The notes beneath the pieces are model-generated. The model was given only the letters and a program-made list of their open reading frames with translations, searched no databases and was not told the origin of the DNA. From Mobula hypostoma (lineage: Eukaryota), in contig NC_086110.1 in NCBI RefSeq assembly GCF_963921235.1, positions 496,001-560,000 of the forward strand: a DNA stretch of 64,000 bases, written 5' to 3'. This document shows positions 1-13,620 of this stretch, one piece after another. The translations under genes were made by a program, and so were the position numbers. Position 1 is the first letter of the stretch. Every line of letters starts with the position of its first letter.

Positions 1-515
1 CCAAAATGATAGGAGAAGACAGGAGGGGGAGGGATGGAGCCAAGAGCTGGACAGGTGATTGGCAAAAGGGATACGAGAGGATGCCTCCAACCTGATGGCA
101 TGAACATCGACTTTTCTAACGTCCGCTAATGCCCCACCTCTCCCTCATACCCCATCTGTTATTTATTTTTATACACACATTCTTTCTCTCACTCTCCTTT
201 TTCTCCCTCTGCCCCTCTGAATATACCCCTTGCCCATCCTCTGGGTTCCCCCCTCCCCTTGTCTTTCTTCCCGGACCTCCGGTCCCATGATCCTCTCGTA
301 TCCCTTTTGCCTATCACCTGTCCAGCTCTTGGCTCCATCCCTCCCCCTCCTGTCATCTCCTATCATTTTAGATCTCCCCCTCCCCCTCCAACTTTCAAAT
401 GTCTTACTCACTCTTCCTTCAGTTAGTCGTGACGAAGGGTCTCGGCCTGAAACGTCGACTGTACCTCTTCCTAGAGATGCTGCCTGGCCTGCTGCGTTCA
501 CCAACAACTTTGATG
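1..515. mobile_element. Penelope-like element terminal repeats in inverted arrangement
   Basis: Positions 1-80 are the reverse complement of about 290-368; 420-515 carries the tgacgaagggtctcggcctgaaacgtcgac...gatgctgcctggcctgctg terminal motif. Confidence 0.6.
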
Positions 516-529
516 TATGTCAAAGTAAT

Positions 530-2360
530 AAGACGGCACCGAGAAAATCGTAGATTTTATGTAGAAATGAATGGAATTAAGAGTAGAATGCGTCCACAAA
601 TGAACCGACTACCATAGGGATCAGTCCTGGCACCTCTACTATTTAACGTCTACACAAATGACCAACCAACCTTTCCTAACTCACGCAGGGTTATCTATGC
701 AGATAATTTATGCATAGCAACACAAGTTAACTCCTTCCAAGAAGTTGAAGTACGAGTTACAGCAGACCTCGAAGTAATGAAGCAGTATTATGAAAAATGG
801 TTTCTGAACCCAAATCCATCAAGAACTCAAGTGTGTGCATTCCACCTGAGGAATCGACAAGCAGCTCGGAAACACAACATCTTCTGGTGTTGGAAGTAGC
901 TCGAACACCACCCGACTCCAATTTGCCTGGGCGTGACACTGGATAGAACGCTCTCATTTGCCACCCACAACTAAAAAAATGGGAGGTGATGCAGCGCGCT
1001 CAGCTCTCTGGTGAAATGATATCGTATTTATAAGTAGTATGCCACGCACAATTCTGATCTGATGTAGACAAACGTGAGAAGCACTGAGGAACATCTGGAG
1101 AAACTTCTGAAATGCCCGGTTCGCTGCCGCTGCTACTGTGCGATCGGGAATCTCCGGAGGGAAGGCCCCAAATTCCCGGCTTTGCCTGCTACTGGCGACC
1201 GAGGCTGGGTTCGAAGCGTTCAGCAGAGATGGTGCTCGTTACTCGGTGTCGGAGGGCTGGTCGGAGGCTCGAAGTTTTCGGACGACTCAGAATCGGACTG
1301 TGGTCGGGCATGGCAGGGAGAGTTTTCTTTCTTCTCCCATCTGCGTGAGGTGTGGGACTTGCGAGAGACTTTGAACTTTTTAACTGTGCCCATGGCCTGT
1401 TCTTCAACAAGTTATGGTATTGTTGCACTGTTATAACTATAAACTATAATTATGTGTTTTTTGTTAGTTTTTGAGTCTTGGTTTGTCCTGTGTTTCTGTG
1501 ATATCACACCGGACGAATATTATATCGTTTCTTAATGCATGCATTACTAAATGACAATAAAAGAGGACTGCGTGTCCTCATAATCTAATATCTAATCTAA
1601 ACACTCCGAGGGAAAGTTGGTTCTCGCAATTCTCTCTTGATAAAAATAGCCGGCACGAAATGGGGAGCTAATGCTCACACACTTAGATCAACTGTCCTAG
1701 CACTCCGCTATGCACCTGCAGAACACTGTGCACCTGTGTGGGGCAGATCAGCCCATGCGAAGATAATAGACCCGTTGCTTAACGAAGCCTGCCGAATAAT
1801 CACAGGCACCCTGCGCCCCACACCCACTAACATCATTTACAGACTTGCAGGCATTGCTTACTCAGAGATCCGAAGACACACTACAACAAAAATTGAAAAA
1901 AAATAAACAGAACTGGGATCCACGGCACCCACTACATTTTCATGTGCAGTTTCTAACCGCCTAAAATCGAGGAAAAGCTTTGCTACAGTGGAGGAACCAT
2001 CGCAAGGAACATTTCCCCAAACATACAGGATCCACCTCTGGAAACAAACAGAAACCAGAACCCCACCAAACAATACAGTGCCAGACCCCACAGAAACGTT
2101 GCCAGACGGGGCACTGCTTGACAGACGGAAGTGGTGCACTCTCAGCAGAGCGAGAGCGGGAGTTTGTAGGACAGGAGGCAATATGGTGAAGTGGGGTTTA
2201 AAGACCAGCAAATCCTTTGAGTGTGGCGAAAGGGTGCAGAACATTGAACACGTTCTGCGCAACTGCCCACAATCACCTGATTCAGCTGACACTGACCTGC
2301 TCAACATCAACCAAACAACCCTAGAGTGGCTGGCTGTCTGGTGTGACAAGCTATGATGAC
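530..2360 (+). mobile_element. RTE/RTEX-like non-LTR retrotransposon 3' part, interrupted at about 975-1600
   Basis: RT remnant (GSVLAPLLFNVYTND, IYADN), post-RT TKWGANA...LRYAPAEHCAPVW and C-terminal ECG...EHVLRNCP motif; frameshifts and stops. Confidence 0.7.
975..1600 (+). mobile_element. Non-coding SINE-like retroposon with (TAATC)n-like tail, copy 1
   Basis: Splits the RTE ORF; shares its 3' about 250 bp with 12900-13407, ending gaggactg..cataatctaat. Confidence 0.6.
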
Positions 2361-3032
2361 AGCACTGCCGAGCTTCGGGAGCGAGAGAAAGGGTATAAGA
2401 GGAGCAGATGCGGGTACGGCCGATGAGGCGTAAACACAGCAGCATATGAAAGGATAGCTACTGCTGCAACGGCATTGTCGGAGGATACCAGTGAGAGAAT
2501 GGAAATTCGTTGGCTTAACAGGCGTCTGCGTATAGTTTCGAAGAGGGCAAAGTAGTCAGAATGAAATGCTCCTCCCGTCAATTGTGCGAATTCAGAATAA
2601 ACGACGGTGAACTTGATGACTACATGAACGAAACCCCACTCAAATTCAGCTCGTCACTCACCAGGTATTGGCGTTGGAGCTGGATTTGGATGTACTCAGG
2701 ATCATTCGGGAGGCCGACGTCATTATAGGTGAGGCTTTTGATAAGTTCCTTACACCCAGAGCACAGACTTCGGACCGTAGTTGAGTAGCCTCCACCAATG
2801 ACATCGGCAGAAGACGGGGAACAGATCTCATGCAGTGAGCAGATAGACCTTGGAAAAAGGCTGAATGAATGATCTCCAGTAGAAATCTCCGGATTACTCT
2901 TAGTGCCACGGGCTTGTGAGGTAGGAATCGGCTGAATGAGTGGACGAGGGGATGGTGCAGGGGAGAGGGTTTCAAGTTCTTTCATCAATAGAACCTCTTC
3001 TGGAGAAGGGGTGTCCTATACAAAAGGGCTGT

Positions 3033-3097
3033 TGGCGTAGTGGCTTCAGCGCTGGACTTCGGGGTGAGAGGTCACGAGTTCGATTCCATCCGGCTCT
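3033..3097 (+). mobile_element. tRNA-derived SINE head
   Basis: Pol III A-box TGGCGTAGTGG and B-box GAGTTCGATTCC with tRNA-like spacing; no cloverleaf closure. Confidence 0.5.
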
Positions 3098-3551
3098 CTT
3101 TCACGCTCTCCATCCGTGCCTAGGTTGAATGTCGAGTGTAAAAAAAAACTATGGAAAGGTGTGTGCTCGTCCAGGTTTCAGATGCCCAGGACACTCCGTA
3201 CGATGAGCACACCAAAACAATCGGTTCAAAAAGCTTGCCGTGACGGCGGACTGACGTAAACCCGAACTGGAGGGGAACCCATATACTGGCCGGGAGATTT
3301 GTGAATGCTATGAATACTACTCAGTTCACGGTTAAAGTTGTTTTGCTGTGCGGGAGTGGTGCGGGTCAGCTGGGAATCGAAGCACCAGATCAGTAAGTGA
3401 ACCATCAGACCGGAAGGTAACTGCCAGAGCAAGTACTAAAAGGCAAAATCGAAATAACTTGTTTGATGGGTTCAATAGTTTGAAGTGTGTGTATTTCAAT
3501 GCTAGGAGTATTGTAGGTCAGGGGGATGAATTTAGAGTGTGGATCAGTACT

Positions 3552-4790
3552 AACTCAGCTGCGAAACAAGCTGCTCGTACTGGCGCACTGATCGTTTGCT
3601 AAGTGATGGATCGCCGGGGAAAAACTGCATTCCCCGTTTTCGAATCAAAAGTTATACCTTGAATTGCGTGATTTAGAGGGACACCTCGGCAAAAGAGAAA
3701 TCCACCTGGGAATTGGCTGGATGTTTTTACTCAGCGACCAAAGACATCGGGCTTACTCGTGCACGTCAAGTCTGCGTACCTGAAACTATACTGGGCAATA
3801 TTGCAGATTTTGTACATACTAATACTCACCTTGACAAGTAGGGAGTGGTAAGACAATGTTTGGAATCGTGGTGGAGCCCGGATCCGGAGAAAGTAGCAGA
3901 TAATGTTGCCAGACGATGTCTGATATGCCAAAAACATAATCCAGGAAAAAACATCCCATGCCCAAAAGGATATACACCGTTGCCAAGGTACCCTTTGTGC
4001 CAACTACAACTCGATTTTATCCAATTACTGCGCGTGAACTATTATAAGTATTCTTGTAATTCTTGATGTGTTTAGTAAATAGATTGAAGCATATCCCACC
4101 ACAGATAGCAAAGCCGACACCGTGGTGCATATTTTGTTGAAGCAAATCATCCCCAGATTCGGGGTAACTGAGCAAATTGTATCTCAAAATGGCCCTCATT
4201 TTGTGGATTTGATTAATACCCAACTATGCCAGGCTCTGTGTATTAAACAAACATTCCATTTCCCCCACAGACCGTAGGCCGCCGGGCTGATTGAAAGGGC
4301 TATAGGGATGCCGAAAAAAAAAACTGGCCCAACTAGGGCATGAAACCTGTCAAAATTGGTTCAAAGTGCTAACAATAGTCTTGTTCCAGATGAGAGCTCG
4401 TTATCAGATCAAACATGGTCTGCCAGGAGCCGAAATAGTGTATGGCACACCGTTAAGAACTCCGTGGAAGACTGTCTTTCTGACCCCGAAATGAGCTGAG
4501 ATGGACGTGAATCAATGTCGAATGAAATTATAGGGTATATCCTGGCACGAACCAAATCTCTCCAGGTCTTGGATTCGCAAGTGAAGGAGGTCCATCCGGA
4601 AGTAGGGGAACTGGAAAATGAACTTCGAGTTCGCCTAGAAGACTTTGTCCTCGTAAGAACCATCTTAGAAAGATGCTTGAACCTCACTGGAAAGTACCCT
4701 ACCAAGTGTTACTGACCTCTCCGAAGGCAGTCAGGCTACAAGGACTTCCGAAATGGATATATCTAGGACGCGTCAAAACTGTGCATTCAT
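3552..4790 (+). pseudogene. pol: Endogenous retrovirus pol remnant (RNase H end + integrase)
   Basis: AAKQAA RNase H tail; RCLICQKHNPG zinc-binding CxxC, QLQLDFIQ, LDVFSK*IEAYPT, IIPRFG..IVSQNGPHF; ends KWIYLGRVKTVHS*. Confidence 0.85.
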
Positions 4791-5166
4791 GACTAAACTA
4801 TTACTGTCTATACTTGTAATCTTAAGCACTTGTATCCAAGCCAAACACCTTCCTGTCGCTTTGCAATAGTTATGCTGGGAAAACAAACTTAACTGCCTGC
4901 TGGGTATGTGCAGCGATACCTCCCCATGGGTGGATAGGTGTTCCCCTAATAGCCATTAGGCTGAACAGCAATGAACAACGGTCACTCTGGTCCTTTTCTA
5001 ATGACACTCAGACTAGTGAGGCCTAAACTTGCACCAGTGATGTGATTGGACATTGTGATGATGGTGACACTTTCGTCCCCCTCCACTCCCTGCTGGAAAA
5101 AGCCATTCGATTGGGAGGTCAGACAATATGGCCCTGCGTCATTATCAGATCTGACTAACCAGCGAA

Positions 5167-8079
5167 TAGAAACATAGACACATAGAAAATAGGTGCAGGA
5201 GTAGGCCATTCGGCCCTTGAGCCTGCACCGCCATTTATTATGATCATGGCTGATCATCCAACTCAGAACCCCACCCCAGCCTTCCCTCCATACCCTCTGA
5301 CCCCCGTAGCCACAAGGGCCATATCTAACTCCCTCTTAAATATAGCCAATGAACTGGCCTCAACTGTTTCCTGTGGTAGAGAATTCCACAGATTCACCAC
5401 TCTCTGTGTGAAGAAGCTTTTCCCTAATCTCGGTCCTAAAAGGCTTCCCTCAATCCTCAAACTGTGGCCCCTCGTTCTGGACTTCCCCAACATCGGGAAC
5501 AATCTTCCTGCATCTAGCCTGTCCAATCCCTTTAGGATTTTATACGTTTCAATCAGATCCCCCCTCAATCTTCTAAATTCCAACGAGTACAAGCTCAGTT
5601 CATCCAGTCTTTCTTCATATGAAAGTCCTGCCATCCCAGGAATCAATCTGGTGAACCTTCTTTGTACTCCCTCTAAGGCAAGGATGTCTTTCCTCAGATT
5701 AGGGGACCAAAACTGCACACAATACTCCAGGTGTGGTCTCACCAAGGCCTTGTACAACTGCATTAGTACCTCCCTGCTCCTGTACTCGAATCCTCTCGCT
5801 ATAAATGCCAGCATACCATTCGCCTTTTTCACCGCCTGCTGTACCTGCATGCCCACTTTCAATGACTGGTGTATAATGACACCCAGGTCTCGTTTCACCT
5901 CCCCTTTTCCTAATCGGCCACCATTCAGATAATAATCTGTTTTCCTATTTTTGCCACCAAAGTGGATAACTTCACATTTATGCACATTAAATTGCTTCTG
6001 CCATGAATTTGCCCACTCACCCAACCTATCCAAGTCACCCTGCATCCTCTTAGCATCCTCCTCACAGCTAACACTGCCACCCAGCTTCGTGTCAACCGCA
6101 AACTTGGAGATGCTGCATTCAATTCCCTCATCCAAGTCACTAATATATATTGTAACCAACTGGGGTCCCAGCACTGAGCCTTGCGGTACCCCACTAGTCA
6201 CTGTCTGCCATTCTGAAAAGGTCCCGTTTATTCCAATTCTTTGTTTCCTGTCTGCTAACCAATTCTCCACCCACAATACCTTACCCCCAATACCGTGTGC
6301 TTTAAGTTTGCACACTAATCTCCTGTGTGGGACCTTGTCAAAAGCCTTTTGAAAATCCAAATATACCACATCCACTGGTTCTCCCCTATCCACTCTACTA
6401 GTTACATCCTCAAAAAATTCTATGAGATTCGTCAGACATGATTTTCCTTTCTCACAAATCCATGCTGACTTTGTCCGACGATTTCACCACTTTCCAAATG
6501 TGCTGTTATCACATCCTTGATAACTGACTCCAGCAGTTTCACCACCACCGACGTTAGGCTAACTGGTCTATAATTCGCCGGTTTGTCTCTTCCTCCTTTT
6601 TTAAAAAGTGGGGTTACATTAGCCACCCTCCAATCCTCAGGAACTAGTCCATAATCTAACGAGTTTTGAAAGATTATCACTAATGCATCCACTATTTCTT
6701 GGGCTACTTCCTTAAGCACTCTAGGATGCAGACCATCTGGCCCTGGGGATTTATCTGCCTTCAATCCCTTCAATTTACCTAACACCACTTCCCTACTAAC
6801 ATGTATTTCGCTCAGTTCCTCCATCTCACTGGACCCTCTGTCTCCTACTATTTCTTGAAGATTATTTATGTCCTCCTTAGTGAAGACAGAACCAAAGTAA
6901 TTATTCAATTGGTCTGCCATGTCCTTGCTCCCCATAATCAATTCACCTGTTTCTGTCTGCAGGGGACCTAAATTTGTCTTTACCAGTCTTTTCCTTTTTA
7001 CATATCTATACAAGCTTTTACAGTCCATTTTTATGTTCCCTGCGAGTTTTCTCTCATAATCTTTTTTCCCATTCCTAATTAAGCCCTTTGTCATCCTCTG
7101 CTGAACTCTGGATTTCTCCCAGTCCTCAGGTGAGCCACTTTCTCTGGCTAATTTGTATGCTTCTTCTTTGGAATTGATACTATCCCTAATTTGCCTTGTC
7201 AGCCACGGGTGCACTACCTTCCTTGATTTATTCTTTTGCCAAACTGGGATGAACAATTGTTGTAGTTTATCCATGCAACCTTTAAATGCTTGCCATTGCA
7301 TATCCACCGTCAATCATTTAAGTGTCATTTGCCAGTCTATCTTAGCTAATTCACGTCTCATACCTTCAAAGTTACCCCTCTTTAAGTTCAGAACCTTTGT
7401 TTCTGAATTAACTATGTCACTCTCCATCTTAATGAAGAATTCCACCATATTATGGTTACTCTTACCCAAGGGGCCTCTCACGACAAGATCGCTAATTAAC
7501 CCTTCCTGATTGCTCAAAACCCAGTCCAGAATAGCCCGCTCTCTAGTTGGTTCCTCGACATGTTGGTTCAAAAAACCATCCCGCATACATTCCAAGAAAT
7601 CCTCTTCCTCAGCACCTTTACCAAATTGGTTCACCCAATCTACACGTAGTTTGAAGTCACCCATTATAACTCCTGTTCCTTTATTGCACACATTTCTAAT
7701 TTCCTGTTTAATACCATCTCCGACCTCACTACTACTGTTAGGTGGCCTGTACACAATTCCCACCAGCGTCTTCTGCCCCTTAGTGTTACGCAGCTCTACC
7801 CATATCGATTCCACATCTTCCCGGCTTATGTCCTTCCTTTCTATTGCGTTAATCTCTTCTTTAACCAGCAACGCCATCCCACCTCCCCTTCCCTCATGTC
7901 TATCCCTCCTGAATATTGATTATCCCTGAATGTTGAGCTCCCATCCCTGGTCACCCTGGAGCCATGTCTCTGTGATCCCAACTACATCATAATCATTAAT
8001 AACAATCTGCACTTTCAATTCATCCACCTTATTACGAATGCTCCTTGCATTGACACACAATGCTCCTTGCATTGACATA
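5167..8079 (-). mobile_element. CR1 LINE (EN + RT, 5'-truncated, frameshifted)
   Basis: ORFs 7314-7877, 6432-7313, 5263-6393 give endonuclease and RT ([16 protein letters not shown]); (CATAGAAA)-type tail at 5167. Confidence 0.95.
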
Positions 8080-8775
8080 CTACTTGGTACTCTAATTTCA
8101 AAGTTAGTGGGCTTACTTTTTGGGTAATAGCACTTGCGTCATTTATACAACGGCAGAACCACCGCGCCCGCTGACAATAACTCAATGGGTTTGCGGGGAT
8201 AGGGTTCTGCTTGTGCCTCACAGAAGAGACAGCTAGCCGATGGGACACCCAACAAGGGAGCAGAAATTGGATGGGATGCTGCTTCCTGGCTTACCTTGTA
8301 GCCCACGTGCGAATGCTGAAAACCCTGGACCAGCATTCTTCCCTCCCACAGCAAAAGCGAGGAATCTCACAATCCGAGCGCTTCTGGATGGTAGCTTTCC
8401 CCTTCTACAGGGCGGCTTGCTAGTCAAAGGAATTTATCAACCTGGCCTTAGTTTTGGAGGAGATGGCCAATAGCACCGCTAAGGCCATGGATGGCGTCCA
8501 GGATCAGGTGAGGGCCATCACCGCTGAAATGATGGCGCTACGACAGACTGATTTACAGAGCCGACAGGCCCTCGATTTTGTTCTGGCTGGAAAAGGAGGT
8601 GCATGTGCCGTTATAGGACAAAAGTGCTGCATCAACATCCCAGATGAAACAGAGAACATTACCTATCTCTCCGATCACAATCAAAAGGCGGAAAATAAAA
8701 TCTGGAAAATCGGCGTTGACCTACATGGCTTTAGCTCAAATGGAGGTTGTTGCCCTTCAGTGGCATCTTTGCAGG

Positions 8776-9403
8776 ATGGAGAGGTATAATTCGACATTGC
8801 GCTATCATCATACCAGCATGGAGAGGTATAATGCGACATTACGCTATCGTCATCGCGGGATGGAGCGGTATAATGCGACATTACGCTATCGTCATCGCGG
8901 GATGGAGCGGTATAATGCGACATTACGCTACCGGCATCGCGGGATGTAGCGGTATAATGCGACATTACGCTACCGGCATCGCGGGATGGAGCGGTATAAT
9001 GCGACATTACGCTACCGTCATCGCGGGATGGAGCGGTATAATGCGACATTACGCTACCATCATCGCGGGTTGGAGCGGTATAATGCGACATTACGCTACC
9101 ATCATCGCAGGATGGAGCGGTATAATGCGACATTACGCTACCATCATCGCAGCATGGAGCGGTATAATGCGACATTACGCTATCATCATCGCAGGATGGA
9201 GAGGTATAATGCGACATTACGCTATCATCATCGCAGCATGGATAGGTATAATGCGACATTACGCTATCATCATCGCAGCATGGAGCGGTATAATGCGACA
9301 TTACGCTATTATCATCGCAGGATGGAGAGGTATAATGCTACATTACACTATCATCATCGCGGGATGGAGAGGTATAATGCGACATTACGCTATCATCATC
9401 GCG
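8776..9403 (+). repeat. 42-bp minisatellite, about 15 copies, inside env
   Basis: Unit ggagcggtataatgcgacattacgctatcatcatcgcgggat; three open periodic ORFs with 14-aa period. Confidence 0.95.
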
Positions 9404-9698
9404 TGAGTACTCATACTTATTGCACTTTTCCTATGTATATGGCCCCTCGTCAGCCGGTGCTTTTGCCCTACACCCACAGGGATATTTCTACAAACAGTCC
9501 CCTGGAAGGAAGGGGGACCTCAGGAAGACCGAAGTGCAAATGATGAGGCTGGAGACTACGGTGACACGGAAAGCCCATCGGCTTATCCCAAGGGTTACTA
9601 TGCACCCTTCTTACACGACTATGAAATTTAGGATGGACAATAATCCCGACATTGATCATCTTAGTTGTCATGGAATGACAAAGGAGCGAGAGAGGAAT

Positions 9699-10026
9699 TA
9701 TACGCAGAATAACAAGGGTAAATCCTCACTGACTTACTGGCAGCTGGACAAGTCGTGCTTTGAGAATACTGCATGAACAAATCAGTGTTTGCTGCACGAG
9801 GAAACTTCTCTGTCTACACTTATCAAAGTGCGGCAGATAACGAATTGTTTAACGGCAGCTCCACACAGTATTCGGGGTGCACTTGGGTTGCAGATTTTCC
9901 CTGACTTTGTGAGGGGGCTGAGACACAAGTTCGCTAATAAGCAGTATGTACTTCTAAGTAAACTGTGTTTGACAATTATTTCCTTGGTCTGAACCTAAAT
10001 CCCTCTGGTAGAGAAGCGGATCGACA
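9699..10026 (+). mobile_element. Putative ERV 3' LTR
   Basis: Follows purine tract aaaggagcgagagaggaa (9680-9697) downstream of the env stop; no second LTR in the window to confirm. Confidence 0.4.
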
Positions 10027-10711
10027 CCTGGGCCTCTGTGCCTCCCTCTACAACTGGATTTCATACTTCCTCCTGGAAGACCACAATCTGTACGGATCAG
10101 AAATCACATCTCCACATCAATGATAATGAACACTGGCGCACATCAAGGATGTGTGCCTTACTCTCTCTACACCAATAAGTATGTAACTAAGCACAGCTCT
10201 AATCCCATCTATAAATTTTCTGACAGCACAACTATTGTTGGTAGAATTTAAGACGTTGACGAGAAGGCGTAAAGGAGACAATTATGTCCGCTAGTTGAGT
10301 GGCGTCACAGCAGAAACCTTGCACTCAACATTAGTAAGACCAAAGAACTAATTGCAGACTTCAGAAAGGGTAAGCCCAGGGAACATATACCAGTCCTCAA
10401 AGAAGGATCAGCGCTGAAAGGGTGAGCAATTTCAAGACCCTGGGTGTCAATATCTTTGAGATATTATCCTGCCCACATCATATCTAGACGGGTATATGGA
10501 GGAATCTAAAGTGGGGGCTTTTATGGGAAGCAGGGTTTGAGGGTCGGCACAACATTGTGCGCCGAAGGGCCTGTACTGTGCTTTACTATTCTATGTTCTA
10601 TGTCCTATATCGATGCAGTTACAAAGAAGACATGGCAGAGGTTATATTTGATTAGGAGTTTGAAGAGATTCGGCATGTTACCAAAGACACCAGCAAGTCT
10701 ATACAGATATA
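10027..10711 (+). mobile_element. Rex1/Babar-like LINE RT fragment (host of the Tc1 insertion)
   Basis: Degenerate NTGAHQGCV..YKFSD.TTIVG..NLALNISKTKELI.DFRK sequence. Confidence 0.6.
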
Positions 10712-12331
<1,620 letters not shown>

Positions 12332-12479
12332 TAAAGTCTTCCACCCTGTATTTATCAGTCTTTACAATGTTGTCTCTGTGCTACTAGAAGTTAAATTCTT
12401 ATGCCTTCCTAAACATTTATTCTTCTTTTATTATTCTGTAGACTTCCACAGTCTCCCACCCCTTAATTTGATCCCTAAT

Positions 12480-13620
12480 TCTCAAAAAGCTTTGAAACAC
12501 ACCAGTAAACACACCACTAGTTTAACGCCCTAGCCACAGACCTACTTATGTGATTCGACAGGATCCTGGACCCAACATAGCTCAAGCGGAGCCTATCACA
12601 TCGAATAAGCTCCTTCCTTCTCAAGTATTGGTTCTAATACCGCAGGAATTTAAACCTACTCGAAAATACCATTCTTTGAGCCACGCATATAGTTCTGAGA
12701 AATTATTTACCCTGTGCAAATTATCACTAACTCAAAGAAGTATTCAGTGTTTACACGAGGCAGACAACACAGAGCGTAATTTTCTCCATAGCTGAGACAG
12801 AGTATTGTACCTATCCCCATAACTATACTATCCCTAATTACAACTACATTAGATATCTGTTATCTGTCAAGTAGGGGACGGTGCACAATTCTGAATTGAT
12901 GAAATCAGAACAGACGTGAGAGTACGGAGGAACATCGGAACCGGAATCTCCAGATCTGAAGGCCCCGAAATCCTTGGCTTTGCGTGTTTCAGCGGCCATG
13001 GAGAGGTCGAAGGCGCTCGGCATGCTGTATTGGAGATACTGGTATGAAGCTCAATGTTTTCGGACGGATGGACTCAGTGTCGGCTGTGGTCGGTTGCTTC
13101 CAAGGTATCGGCAAGTTGACGGTGCCTGGAGGTTTATGGCAGGTGGTTTCTCCCTGCTGCCACCTGCTATCGGGGACTCGGGAGTCGATCGAGTCGGGGC
13201 TTTGATACTTTTTTTTTACTGTGCCCATGGTCTGTTCTTCATCAAATTATGGTATTGCTTTGCAGTACTGTAACTATATGTTATAATTATGTGGTTCTGT
13301 CAGTGTTAATCTTTGGTTTGTCCTATTTTCTGTGATATCACTCCGGTAAAACATTGTATCATTTCTTAATGCATGTATGCATTTCTAAATGACAATAAAA
13401 GAGGACTGAGCGTTTTCATAATCTAATTTCTCTTCTCCGTTTCCTCTTAATAGGATCCATGATCCACAGGAAGGGTTCGATTGCTTGTCCATCCTACTGC
13501 ACTCACTCACATCCTCAAAGTGATCAGTAGTCTTCAGCCTTTTGGACAAGCACAAGTGCTAATCTCCTCCAGCGCTACCTCTTTGATGCCCGGCTGCCTC
13601 AGTCGCAGTCCCACTTTCTT
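12480..13620 (-). mobile_element. Old CR1 ORF1 (SGNH-esterase-like) relic, interrupted by SINE-like copy 2
   Basis: Minus-strand VVIRDSIVMGI...LCCLP resembles the VIGDSIVRG...CCLPGA motif of the CR1 ORF1 copies at 25411 and 27962. Confidence 0.5.
12900..13407 (+). mobile_element. Non-coding SINE-like retroposon, copy 2
   Basis: Shares 3' body and tail with 975-1600. Confidence 0.55.

Larger units (their letters stand above)
4789..9631 (+). pseudogene. env: ERV gamma-type env, split by a CR1 insertion (5167-8079) and a minisatellite
   Basis: Signal peptide MTKLLLSILVILS, CWVC at 4898, QQKR|GIS cleavage/fusion peptide near 8355, ISD-like LQSRQALDFVLAGKGG, CAVIGQKCC (CX6CC), TM VLILIALFLCIW after 9406, tail to TAG 9631. 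Confidence 0.85.

Noticed and set aside
5240-5932. Plus-strand 230-aa ORF and similar antisense ORFs over CR1 copies
   Set aside because: Antisense shadow frames of conserved CR1 RT; they recur over each CR1 copy.
8644-9543. Repeat ORFs MERYNATLRYRHRG and MSHYTAPSRDDGSV as novel proteins
   Set aside because: Alternative frames of the env-derived 42-bp minisatellite.
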